From NCBI RefSeq assembly GCF_006345805.1, contig NC_043000.1:57970001-58034000 (forward strand): a DNA stretch of 64,000 bases, read 5' to 3'. How positions within the stretch are numbered: the first letter of the stretch is position 1; the number at the start of each line of letters is the position of its first letter. A program made the translations under genes and the position numbers. This stretch comes from Octopus sinensis (lineage: Eukaryota). The notes beneath the pieces are model-generated. The model was not told the origin of the DNA, searched no databases, and worked only from the letters and a program-made list of their open reading frames with translations. Positions 1 to 12,329 of this stretch are shown in pieces.

Positions 1-231
1 ATTTTGCTATGACTACTATAACTCTGAAAGTTCATTAGATGAAAGTTCTATGCTACGGGCTATACTCCTGAATGAAATCTTCCTAAATCCAGTATCTAAC
101 CCAGTGATTGAAATCATTTTGTCTGCTACATATTGAATGATAAAAAAAAATTATGGTTACACATCACATAAAAAATTTTTCAAATTGCTTGAAAATGAGA
201 AATTTAGGAAAAAAAAATTTTACAAAACTAT

Positions 232-425
232 TATCTTTTGTTTGTTTCAGTTATTGGACTGCAGCCATGCTGAGGCACCAGCTTGAAGGCTTTTAGTTGC
301 ACAGATTGACCTTAGTACTTTTTAAGTCTAGTACTTATTCTATCAGCCTCTTTGCCAATTTGCTAAGTTATGTCAATTTAAACATACCACCACCAATTGT
401 CAATTTGGGAACAAAAACAAACACA
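232..425 (-). mobile_element. SINE family A, 3' part
   Basis: Reverse complement of the family-A tail (gtttcagttattggactgcagccatgctgaggcacc). Confidence 0.7.
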
Positions 426-429
426 AAAA

Positions 430-735
430 ATATAATAGCATGTATACATATCATATATATATATGTAATAACGGTCTTAATATTGTCTTAATAACGGTCA
501 AGCACACAGTAATTTCCCTTTGTATAACAGTCATTTTTCATAGCATTTTTTCCAATGGCTGGATAACTGAAGAGATGGTGGCGTGGATTTCCACCTCGGC
601 ATCCGAAACTCGGAGTTTTATCATGGCTACCAAATAATTGTCACATATTACAATTACAGATAAACTCCTCTATTTACATAATATTGAGGTTTCTTTCATT
701 CTTTTGTTGTCTTACCTTTTTTATCAATATATATA
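430..735 (+). mobile_element. Probable Penelope-like element terminal repeat fragment carrying the HHR
   Basis: Locally CpG-containing segment between TA microsatellites that encloses a minimal HHR. The association of minimal HHRs with PLE pseudo-LTRs is established; the family assignment here is inferred. Confidence 0.4.
562..622 (+). ncRNA. Type I hammerhead ribozyme motif, intact core, Penelope-like minimal type
   Basis: Stem I gataa(562-566)/ttatc(618-622). Core CTGAAGA 567-573. Stem II gat..ggtgg/ccacc..atc with one bulged C. GAAA 605-608. Self-complementary stem III actc-g-gagt. Cleavage triplet GTT (H17=617). Confidence 0.75.
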
Positions 736-949
736 TATAAACATATATGATATATATAGAGTGCAGTGAATAAACTGTCGTCTAAGTTACACAAAGATGA
801 AAATAACACTGACATCTCATTTTAAAATATAGTTACCAAAATAACATTAAAATATCTTGAAATACTAAAGGGTAAATTTATTCAATAAAATCACCATTGG
901 CTTCAACCACTGCCTCCAGAAAACTCTTCTGTACAGTCTCCTTGTTTGA

Positions 950-1155
950 GTACTGGCACAGGGCCAGTAATTTCAAGGCAGGAGGTAAGTTGGTTATATT
1001 TACCCCAGTGCTCAACTAGTGCTTATTTTATTGGTCTCGAAAGGATGAAAAGCATAGTCAGCCTTAATGGAATTTGAACCCAGAACATGAAGATGGATAA
1101 AATGCTGCTAAGCATTTTACTCAGCATGCTAACAATTCTGTCAGACAGCCATCTT
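950..1155 (-). mobile_element. SINE family B (tRNA-derived), decayed
   Basis: Matches the 57655-57868 copy: ccccagtgctcaact..aaggatgaaa..gaatttgaac..atgctaacaattctg. Confidence 0.7.
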
Positions 1156-2261
1156 AAACATACTGAAATATTAATAAGGATTTTCTAAAGCTTTGTTTTT
1201 TAAATCTGCATCACACCCAGGTAGTCCTTGTGGTGCACTATCTGAGAACCATAAAATTAAATTTTAGCAATTCATAAAAAAAAAGAAGTTTTTTATACTT
1301 CTAAAACAAAAACATTAATAAATATATAACTGGCATTGATTCCAAGTTAAATAATCTTCAAATTTTTCAAAATGTACTAAGAAATGGATTGACTTTTATT
1401 TGTTTCCTGTATTATTAATATGATTTACATTTACCTTATTTATTTAAATGAAGTAAAAAAAAAATAAAAGAAAAAGCCAAAAATATTTCTATTATGTTTT
1501 CTAAGTCAAAGAAAGAAAGAAAGAAAGATGAATTGTCTAAATCAATCACATACAAATAAGAAATTTATTTTTGTGTAAACATCTACATTTAATTTTGAAA
1601 TAGACCAACTAAACTGATAACAAAATAACAAAATAACCATTTTGGCTCAAAGCCAAATAATCATTTTGGCTTCATTTCTTAGCAAAACTTAAATACGAAA
1701 TTTATGGCAAACAATCCAATATTTTAAAGACTTGTAACAGATCTAACCTGAAAAATATAAAATTATGAATCACAAGAAATTTCTAAACCAACAATTCATT
1801 GTTCGACTGGTTTCTGCTTTTGATGAGAGGTTGTACTGGGATGCCAACTTCAAGGGATTTTAATTATAGCAGCCCTAGTATTTTGATATTTGTTTTATTG
1901 ACTTCATAAGGGACGTCCAGTTAAGTCACTGGTGTCATTGTACACAGTTCATACAAAAGAACTAAATAATTCAAAGTACTTTTTAAAACGATGCACAAAT
2001 TTTGTTAAGGGATCCCATGCTGGTATGTATGTCATCATCATTGTCATTTTTATCTGTTTCGAATATTGGCATGGGTTGAAAAAGTTACCACACTATGAAT
2101 TATTATCTGTAGTTACTGCTTAGAGGGTTAGAGCAGGAGTCCCCAACCACCAGGCACTGAACCAGAAGTGGGCTGTAGATCAGGACACACAGAAAGCATA
2201 AATTTTAAAATTTTATTTCTATTTCACTGACTATTACCATCTGCAATACAATAGTTTCAAA

Positions 2262-2715
2262 TTTTGGTAGAAGACCATGATTTGGGGGGGGAGAGGGTAA
2301 ATTGATAACATTGACCCCAGTACTCAACTGGTACTTATTTTATTGACCCCAAAAGGATGAAAGGCAAAGTTGACCTCAGCAGAATTTGAACTCAGAACAT
2401 AAAGATGGACTAAATACTGCTAAGCATTTTGTTCAGCATGCTAATGATTCTGCCAGTTTGCTGCCTTAGTCTACAATGTAATAATAGTAGAAATAAAGTG
2501 CATAATATGTAAGCTGGCAGAACTGTTAGCATGCTGGACAAATAGCTTAGTAGCATTTTGTCTGTTTTTATTTTCTGAGTTCAAATTCTGCTGAGGATGA
2601 CTTCACATTTCATCCTTTTGTGCTGGATAAAATAAGTAGCAGTCAAGTACTGCAATTGATGTAATCAACTTCCCCTTCCCCTCAAAAACTGCTGACCCTG
2701 TGCTAAAGTTTGAAA
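2262..2715. mobile_element. Two SINE family B copies in head-to-head orientation (2262-2470 minus, 2510-2715 plus)
   Basis: Both carry the gttcaaattc/gaatttgaac B-box region and the ttgcctttcatcc motif, in opposite orientations. Confidence 0.7.
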
Positions 2716-4409
2716 TCATTATATATATAACAATTAAGTTACATTTTATGCCCTTTAGTGTTTTATTATGCACATGATGCACTGGTCTATGGAAAAATTA
2801 CTTTGCTTGAAACCAGTTCATGGTGCAAAAAAGGTTGGAAGACCAAAGGGTTAGAGAATCATGTCTTTCTCAAAAATGTTCCATTTTTAGCATGGTTTCC
2901 ATGACTGGATGTCCTTTCTAATGATTTACAGAAAGTACTGGAAGCATTTTATCATGACACTGGGGAGGCTGTCATATCCTCAGATTGACTACAGAGTCCT
3001 TACAACCACAATGTCTTCGCTCATTCTGTGACTATACAGAGTGTACAGGACGTATTTTATTGTGACACTCCAAGCTGGCAAAGTCATTAGTGCATTCATT
3101 CTGAGTTCAAATCTTGCTGAGGTTAACTGGCTCTCTCTCCTAAGTTTGAAACAAATGTTACTGCTATCCAAATAGTGTCAATAGAAAGGTACCTGGAAAA
3201 AAAACATGCATGCATACACACATATACATATGATGGGCTTCCATAGTTTCTGCCAACCAAAGAAACTTGAGGCTATAGCAGAAAACAGTCATTGAAAGTG
3301 CCATACAGATGGATTAAACTTGAAGGCACATGGTTGGGAAGAAAACTTCTTAACTACATAGCCATGTCTGAACTCTGTATATATGTATATGCATGCGTGT
3401 GTGTGTGTGCATACACACATATATGACGGGTTTCTGTACAGTCTATGTCTACCAAATTCCCCTTACAAGACTCAGGTTGCCCCAAGGTTATGGTATAATA
3501 TAACACACTTGTCCAAGGTGATATGCAGTGAGCTCAAAACTGGAACCGCATGATTTTAAAAGAAACTTCTTAATAACCATGGGACCTCTGTGTGGTAAGA
3601 TTAAAGAAAAAGTCTATGCTAAGAAAATAATTAAATTGAAGGATTTTAATTTTAGTGAAATCTAAATTCTGATCATGTAATCAAGAACTTCTCTCTCTCC
3701 ACTAAACATAAGCTATTTTCCTGGCCTATCACATCTAAAGAAATATGGTTCACATCTTGAAAACTAAAAATAAAGATTAATCTGCATTGCTTAATAGCAA
3801 TTTTATTCTTTGCTATGGAAAGTAAAACAGAATAAAATCTCATTTACAATAGTTATGTGTGTGAAGAACACAGGAAAGCAGAGAATGGAAAACTAGACAA
3901 ACAACAAATAAGAGAAGATGAATAGAAGATAGCAAAATTGCAGGATATTTAGAGACGAAAAAAAAAAGGCAAGAGCTAGAGATATTTCATACAAACAATG
4001 AATCTTGAAAATACTATCAGAAAGGAAAAACAACCAATATCAAAAATTATTAATTTCTTCCATCGTCTCATATTATGTCAGGTTATTATTCTAAACCATT
4101 ACAATCAATATATAAAAACGGGGCAACAAAATGATTAATATCTAATCAAAGCCTAACATCAAATTATTGAAAATATTTTTTCTTAACCTTATCACCAAAA
4201 ATGAAATTTCCAAATAAAACATGAATTAAAAGAACTGATATCTGTTATTTTCGATCAGATATATACACAAACAGATGTCAAAGATTTCAATTGTTATTTA
4301 ATTCTATATCAATCTTTAAATTCTGGATGGTTCATACAGGAACATAGAATTAATGATATACAACTCATATCAGAAACTAGTATTGTAAATACTAATTTTA
4401 GCTCTTTAA

Positions 4410-4630
4410 CTTTTTAGCATTCAGATTATTCTGTCTAATGTAATGCTTTTTTTATTCACATTGTTTTGAATTAATCATCAATTACCTTGTAGCTCTGAGA
4501 TTTCAATGATGTGACTGTTTATTTTTAGAATGACATTGTAGTTTAGGTGTGAGGGGCCACATGTGGCCAGTTTGAAGATTGAATAAGTAGAATATTTGGG
4601 CTGGATATGGCTGGTTTAAATGTTAAAGGG
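4410..4630. mobile_element. piggyBac-type MITE
   Basis: TTAA at 4406-4409 and 4631-4634. Ends c(t)ttttagcatt..aatgttaaaggg. Related copies at about 4795-5020 (inverted), 10000-10104 and 36400-36570. Confidence 0.6.
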
Positions 4631-5289
4631 TTAAAGCAGTTGCCCATTGAGTCCCATTTTGTTGACTTCGAACAATTTTACTCATCTTTTGCACAACAAT
4701 ACTATTTAGTTACAAAGCATGAATGAAATTAATTCTTCTGCAAATATATTGTAATTCAAGCAAACTTCTTAAGTTATATCCATCAGCATTCTTGTTTTTA
4801 CTCACTAGCTTATAAACTAGCCATATCCATCCATAAATATTCTACTTGTTTTGTATTCAAACTTGACATATCCAGCCTCTCACACCCAACCTACAATATC
4901 ATTCTATAAATAAACAATCATATAAAAAACTTGAAGCTATGAGACAATGCATAATTAATTCAAAACAATATAAATAGATGAGCATTATATTTAACAGAGT
5001 CACCTGAATGCTAAAGGGCCAATATTATCCTAAGTTCAGAAATTTCATAACAGTCAGTATTGTACACCAGTTCTGTCATTCTACCATATCTAATGTATCC
5101 ATTAAATCAAACCAAAAGTACTATTGTTGTTTCTTTATATGTATGTTTTCATGTCTGACAATTTTTTAGTGAGGAGAGAAGGGCTCAGAGACCCAAGGAA
5201 CTAGAGCAGTCAGGAAGCCTAAATATTCTGGCAATAACTTACAAAACAATATAAGAAATATATTTTTGCCAATGAAATTTTTGTAATAT

Positions 5290-5547
<258 letters not shown>

Positions 5548-5897
5548 TATGAAGGTGCATGGCTCAGTAGTTAGAGTGTCAGGCTCACAATCATGTGGCA
5601 ATGAGTTCAATTCCTGGACCAGGCTGTGTGTTGTGTACTTGATACTTGAGCAAGACACTTTATTTCATGTTGCTCCAGTTCACTCAGCTGCAGAAATGAG
5701 TTGTGGTATTACTGCTGCCAAGTTGTATTGGCCTTTGTCTTTCCATTGGATAACATCAGTAGCACGGAGAAGGGAGGCTGGTATGCATGGGTGACTCCTG
5801 GTCTTCTGTAAATAAACCTTGCCTGGACTTGTGCTTCAAAGGGTAACTTTGTAGGTGCAATCCCATGATCATTCATGACTAAGGTGGTCTTTACCTT
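5548..5897 (+). mobile_element. SINE family E (tRNA head plus long body), near full length
   Basis: A box tggctcagtagtt, B box gagttcaattcc, then ttgagcaagacact core and body. Partial copy at 15392-15545. Confidence 0.7.
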
Positions 5898-5902
5898 TTT
5901 TA

Positions 5903-5937
<35 letters not shown>

Positions 5938-6909
5938 GTAGTAGTAGTAGTAGTAGTAACAGCAGCAGCAGCAGCAGCTAAACCTCAGGTCTGAGTTGAT
6001 CTAATAGCACCATTGTCAAATTATTCCAGACATGGATATTTCATCTTTTATTCAGGCATTACTTATGCAAAACAGCACTAATAAATGTATCCTTATTTTT
6101 AAGGTAATATGGCTTGATTTCTGGGAGAGCTAATTGTTATTAATTCTCTACCTGTTAGGGTAGAGAATATTCAGAAAGACCCCTTTATAGGCTTCTTCAA
6201 ATTAATATATGAATCGAATTAATAATAAGTATCTAAAAAATGAAAGTTGCTAAATAAGGAATGAAGAATGAATAGAAGAAAGAGGAAGTTGGTGGTTGCT
6301 ATGTCTGTTCAAAGATCATTAGTTCACTAAGTAGTAACACTTAAACCAGTACTTCTCAAACTATTTTTTTATTAGCTACTGTCTGTTTTCTCTCTCCCCA
6401 ATTTTAATACACAAACAAAGAATATAAAGAATAATTTGGTTCAAGGTACTAGTTCAATGTAGGTGACTACTTAGAATGGCACTACCCTATAATAAGTGAA
6501 TATTTGATACATCACCATTTGACCTTAGTTGTTGACCCAACCTTGAGGACATGACTTTTGGCCAAACTCAAGTACATATTCTTTGTACTCTATATATACA
6601 CCCAGAGGTACCAGCTGAAATTTATCATTATATTCTGATTTATAGTTGTATTTTTTATATGTTCACATATACACATACACTAATTCCTTTGCCTACATGC
6701 AAAATTGTCTGTTTATACACATAAGTAGATTATGAGATAAGCAATTGACACTCATAGCGAGAATCAACAATCCAACAATGTTCAAGGATATATATATATA
6801 TATATATACCAGAGTAAGAGCATAAATGTGACGAATGGAAACGTGAAACTCTGAGTAATAGTTTTTGTAATATTTTTGCTGCTTTTTAATATAGTATATA
6901 TGTGTGTGT

Positions 6910-7205
6910 GTGAGGATGCATGGCTTAGTGGTTAGGGTGTTGCACTCACGATCGTGAGATCATGGTTTCAATTCCTAGACCGGGTGGTGTGTTGTGTTCT
7001 TGAGCAAAACACTTCATCTTACATTTACTCTGTGGTCACTTTGACACCAGGTGTGTGGTACACCATGCACCTGTTCAGACAACATTGATTTAATAGAGGG
7101 GGTAAGCTAATGTATGGCATGCATATTTGATCACTATAAACAAATCATTTGTGCTGGTAATTCGGAAAAAGATGAACACTCACATCATCTTTGATGGGAG
7201 AGTCC
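6910..7205 (+). mobile_element. SINE family F (tRNA-derived head)
   Basis: tggcttagtggttag A box, ggtttcaattcc B box, ttgagcaaaacact core and a distinct 3' body. Confidence 0.65.
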
Positions 7206-7696
7206 TTCTTATGTATATATATATATATATATTTGCACACACAAGTCATGACATTACTTAATAGAGCAGGTGCAGTGGTCCTCTTAGTTTCATGTATAGA
7301 AATGTCCTCAAACTTTGGCAATATCTTTTAAATTATGTTTACATTTATTGTTTGTAATTTATGGATGGGTGCTATACATACAGTTTTGTTTATTTACTTA
7401 TTCACATTTTGGAGTCTACAAAAATTACTGATGTTGTTGTTAATACTATTGCTGTTATGGTAGCCAACAAGCAGTTTATCATAATATTACATTTAACTTC
7501 TTAATTTTTAAATAGGCAACAAAGACTGACAAAACAAAAAAGATAAAAGAAAAAAACAAAAAACCCATTACTACTGCACCTACCTACTTCCTATTGCTCC
7601 CTTTGTCCCTAGTGCCCATATAAAATCACCCACTCCAGGGGTGATTTTATATAGGCACTCCAGCATTATTCTCTATGAAGGTAAGTTAGAAATATA

Positions 7697-7730
<34 letters not shown>

Positions 7731-7794
7731 GAAGATATATATATTTATATGCACACAGCTATAAATATTTTCTTACTTGCAATTTAAAAAAAAT

Positions 7795-8320
7795 ATAAAT
7801 CAAATCAAATCAAGTGAAAATCAAACCAAATCAAAATAGATGAACATCAATGGAATTTGTATCCTTGTGGTACCAGTGCCGGTGGCACATAAGAAAACCA
7901 TCCAAACATGACCGTAGCCAGTACCGCATCGACTGGCCTCCGTGCTGAGGGCACGTAACAAACACCATCCGAGCGTGGCCATTCGCCAGCCTCGTCTGGC
8001 ACCTGTGTTGGTGGCACATAAGAAAACACCATCCGAGCGTGGCCGTCTGCCAGCCTTGTCTGGCACCTGTGTCGGTGGCACATAAAAAACACCATCCGAG
8101 CGTGGCTGTCTGCCAGCCTCGTCTGGCACCTGTGTCGGTGGCACATAAAATCACCCACTACACTCTTGGAGTGGTTGGCGTTAGGAAGGGCATCCAGCTG
8201 TAGAAACACTGCCAGATCTGACTGGCCTGGTGCAGCCTTCGGGCTTGCCAGACCCCAGTTGAACCGTCCAACCCATGCTAGCATGGAAAGCGGACGTTAA
8301 ATGATGATGATGATGATGAT
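7795..8320 (+). mobile_element. RTE-clade LINE 3' UTR and terminus with internal ~63-bp tandem repeat
   Basis: About 4 units of ggtggcacataa(g)aaaacaccatccgagcgtggccgtctgccagcctcgtctggcacctgtgtc (unit starts near 8011, 8075, 8138), followed by gttaggaagggcatccagctgtagaaac...catgctagcatggaaagcggacgttaaat(gat)n. Confidence 0.8.
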
Positions 8321-8868
8321 AAGTTGCAGTTTTTGAGAGCAAAGAAAAACAATATGTATATGTGGCTCTTCTTATCAAGCAACTATCCCAGTAATATAAT
8401 AAAACTATCAAATTACCCTGAGCAGCACAACTATCAGTGCACTGTTTACATTCTGCATTGCTGTTACCATTTAAACATTTTCCCATAAAAAACAGACAGA
8501 TTTAATATCCTTAGACTGTTTCCTTGTAACACAATAACACAAGGAAACAATAATTGATAATCCTTTGAAAAATGCAAGCCTTCATTAATATGTAATTAAC
8601 TGCAAGGAAATGCAGCCAAAATATTATCATACTACTGACAATCAACTAGAGAAGCTTCTACAAGAAATTAGCAGCTACTGGAATAATCCCATTTTCAATA
8701 TTCCTCTACTTCCCTAGAAGACATTAAAAAAACACACAAAAAATATAGCAGATGTTCCATGTATGTAGCATCATTACATACTATATCAATATTTACATGC
8801 TGTTTATCATATGGGACATCTGGTATTGTTCAAGACAACTTTTCAAAGTTTGTAACTGTTTCCTAGAT

Positions 8869-9185
8869 CAGTGGTTTTCAACTGAGGTTCATATAAGATT
8901 TTTTGTGGTCCACACAAGCAAAATAATAAATTGGGTCCACAGTAGTATTTTATGGGTTCACAAAAACAATTTTGCTTTAGATATATTTATCACAAGAAAC
9001 AGGTTTCTTCCTCTAACATTTTACATAATTCAACCTACACAAGTGAATGTGTGACAAGTGAATAGGAATTTTGAAAGAAGTTTCTATAAAACTAGTTTCT
9101 AAACATTGAATAGCTATGGGGGTCCACCAGAATAAAATAGTAAGCAAAGGGGTCCAAAGGTAAAAAAAATGATTGAGAACCACTG
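8869..9185. mobile_element. hAT (Charlie-type) MITE
   Basis: TIRs cagtggttttcaa / ttgagaaccactg. 8-bp TSD tcctagat (8861-8868) / ttctagat (9186-9193). Confidence 0.8.
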
Positions 9186-9614
9186 TTCTAGATCCTGCTC
9201 ACTCAATTTCCTGTTAATTTTTATCATATTAATGTGAGCAAGATCGCTCCAGAAATATATATAGTTGTATATGAAATGGTAGAACATGAATTTTAAATGA
9301 ATTTTAATGAGAGTTCAATAAAATATAAAAAAATAAGAGTCCTTAAATTCAACCAAAAGATATATAAATTTCACTAGTCAGTGAGTAATAGGTATTTTCT
9401 GACTTTCAGGTCTTCACAAACTAGTGAATTTCATCTTCTTGTAAACTCTTTGTCAAAAAAAGAAAAAAAAAAAAAAAAAAAAAAAGGGTAGGATGGGAAC
9501 TTAATTCCAATGCAAATAAAATGACATTTGCTTCTTCAAGAGTACAACATGCAGAACAGCTCTTATAAGAGCTTGAACATGTAATCTTGCAACGTTAATA
9601 CTGTAGCTTCATAA

Positions 9615-9688
9615 TTACTGCAACTCCCAGTTGTCATCCACACCTTTGTCATATAATACCACCCTATCATCATTGTATTCATGCTTCA
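9615..9688 (-). CDS. Candidate terminal coding exon (xKHEYNDDRVVLYDKGVDDNWELQ*) of an unidentified gene
   Basis: Minus-strand acceptor ttgacttaactttgttgttctttttctttaag. Only one frame avoids an immediate stop (phase 1) and it ends in TAA at 9615-9617. Composition is protein-like and the sequence is non-repetitive. No homolog recognised. Confidence 0.45.
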
Positions 9689-10483
9689 CTTAAAGAAAAA
9701 GAACAACAAAGTTAAGTCAACTCAGTAGAGCCAGATGTTGGCTCTATCGAAAAACAATCACATATACATATCAATGACAGAGCAACAGGCTAAAAATACC
9801 ATTCAAATCTCCCACAAAACATGCCCAATAAACTTTTTTTAAAAAAGAAACATGTTATCTGATGTAGAACTAGATAAATAATATCATAACTAGAACACCT
9901 TTGATCATAAGTCCACCCCTTTACAACAAATAAACAAACATGCAGGTAGCACGTTTCTGCCAGCTCGCCGCCTTCTTACCACACAGCCACTCCTTTAGAA
10001 TAATATTGTAAGGTAGATGTGAAAGGCTGGATGTGACTAGTTTGAGTATAAAATGGGCAGAATGTTTGGGCCAGATATGATCGGTTTAAATGCTAAAGGG
10101 TTAAGAAGTTTGTTCTGCAGTCAAATAGTTTAAGGTTAATTTCTCCAGAATGACATTGTGAGCAGGTGTCTTCTACTATGGCCTCAAACTGAGCAATGCT
10201 TTGTCATTGTTTTGTGTGCCATGCAAATAGTGTCATTGTTCATATCTGTAGCAAAAACATGCCCAGACATCTGTGCACAGTAAAAACAATGCCACTATTA
10301 TGAATTTTGTTTATATCTGCTGTGAATACATGTCTGGCTGTTGAGCTGTTTGTCCCAAGAAAGACTAAGTAAGGGCTGTTATCAGACAAGAAGGACATCT
10401 GTCTATAGGAAAAACTGCCACAGTAAGTCTTGTTTGATATATGCTAGTATGGAAAAGTGGATACTGAAATGGTAAAGATAATG

Positions 10484-10517
<34 letters not shown>

Positions 10518-12294
10518 GTGCATATGTATACATAAAACTTCCACACTAATTCAGAAAATCCTAAACAAACATGAAATCTAAGGAAACTTTCTTCTATTTT
10601 ACTTATGCTTGACATCTGAAATCGATAAAAGAAACATTTTAAATACCAACTGATAGTATGCAAACTAAGTTTCAGAAAAAGAAAAAAAAAACAACAACAA
10701 AAACCCAAACAAACACATATATCTTTGAATATTTCATTAAATCAATAATACGTGTGTATGTATGTAAGTTTATATACATGCATGTGTATGTGTTCATATG
10801 CATGTGTAAATGTTCACATGCAAGTAATGATATGTGTAATTGCATACGTATGTGTGTATATTTATCTGCATGTAGATTTTATTAGTTTACAGTTAATATT
10901 CAATATCAATACCTTCATTACCTTTTGCCATTCAAGCTGTTTCATATCATAAACAAAGCAATGGCTTGGTTTATATGTCTATGTATCACTATCTGCCAGT
11001 AATAAAATAAAGTTGTTTTTTTTTCTAAATTTCTTTTACTCCAGTACTTTTTTGTTTCTTTTTTATCTATTTATTTTTTTGTAAGGAAATCCACCAGTTT
11101 ACAAGATTTGCTAAAAAATTGAACTAAAGTTTCAAGCATAACCATCTCTCTGTCTTTCTCTCAGTATACATACACAAACAAACATATCATTAGACATACG
11201 TGATACACAGATGCACACACATATATACACTTACACACAAATACAAGCATGTAAACATATACATGTGTGTGCTTTCTGTGTGTTTGTTTCGATGTTTAAT
11301 GTTTAAGGTCCAAGAAGCCTATAATGTTTATTTTTATGCCTCGCAAATGTAGTAGTTTGAAATAAGTACCAACTGCAAACACAAAAATAAGTGGCTTAAA
11401 GCAATGCACTAGCTGTATCGTTAAGAAGTTCACTTCCTTCCAATATGGTTTTGGATTCAGTTCCACAACGTGGCACCTTGAGCAAGTGTCTTCTACTTAT
11501 AGCCTGAGACAAACCAAAGCCTTGAGTGAATTTGGTTAGTGAAAAGAAACCCATCATATAATATATAAGTACAAATGGGTGTGTTTGTGTCTCCTTGATT
11601 TCACATTGCATGTGTCATACAAGCAGTGTCTTTTGTTTTCAAATCTTCTATGCAAACAGGTTCAGCTATGAGGAAATATATGTTGGAAATAGATGAGTGT
11701 TGGCAACAGGAAGGGCATCTGGCTGTAGAAAATCTGCCTCAGCAATTTCTGTCCAACCCATATGAGATTGGATGTAAAAGCAATGGTAATGATGATGATT
11801 ATATGATATACATAATGCTCTTATTTCGACTAATCCACTCTATATAATTACAATCATAAACTGACTTAAGCAAATAGAATAGTTTGCTTGAGAGTATAAT
11901 GCAAAGTAAGTAATGTTCTTCAAAATATCAGAATACAGGAACACTTCTGTTGACTTCATTCCCACCTGATAGTTCAAGAAAAGATACACTAGCTTGATTC
12001 CCCATCATGTGTTTCCCATTATAAACTAATGAAACCCTCATTAGTTTTACAGTTTCCATTGTTTCCCAATATATTTATTTACAGAAGTGTTTAAATCCAT
12101 TGAAAATTATGTTTTCCTCATGGACGCAGTGATGCACCAGTGTCAGTACATGAGTATTTGGTCAGAGCTTGAAACTACTGTTACAGCCAGCTGTGTATCT
12201 AGGCAGGGTGGGGAGTAGAATGCATATACATGATCTCTGTAGTATAAATTGGCATGACATTTATTTATAGCAATCATCATTATCATCATTATCA

Positions 12295-12329
<35 letters not shown>

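Noticed and set aside
7881-8155. 63-bp GC-rich repeat array resembling a CRISPR array or repeat protein (ORFs 7821-8284)
   Set aside because: There are no unique spacers, the host is eukaryotic, and the array is contiguous with the RTE 3' terminus; related sequence occurs in the RTE UTR at 51340-51480.
8181-8486. Cys-rich ORF MGKCLNGNSNAECKQCTDSCAAQ with a donor-like site
   Set aside because: There is no usable upstream acceptor, and the ORF runs into an RTE tail.
12085-12210. Plus-strand acceptor followed by a 45-codon open frame (also 1946-2020, 38046, 41753, 53799, 61577)
   Set aside because: The donor or acceptor is weak, or the phase conflicts with the better candidates; such pseudo-exons are expected by chance in 64 kb.
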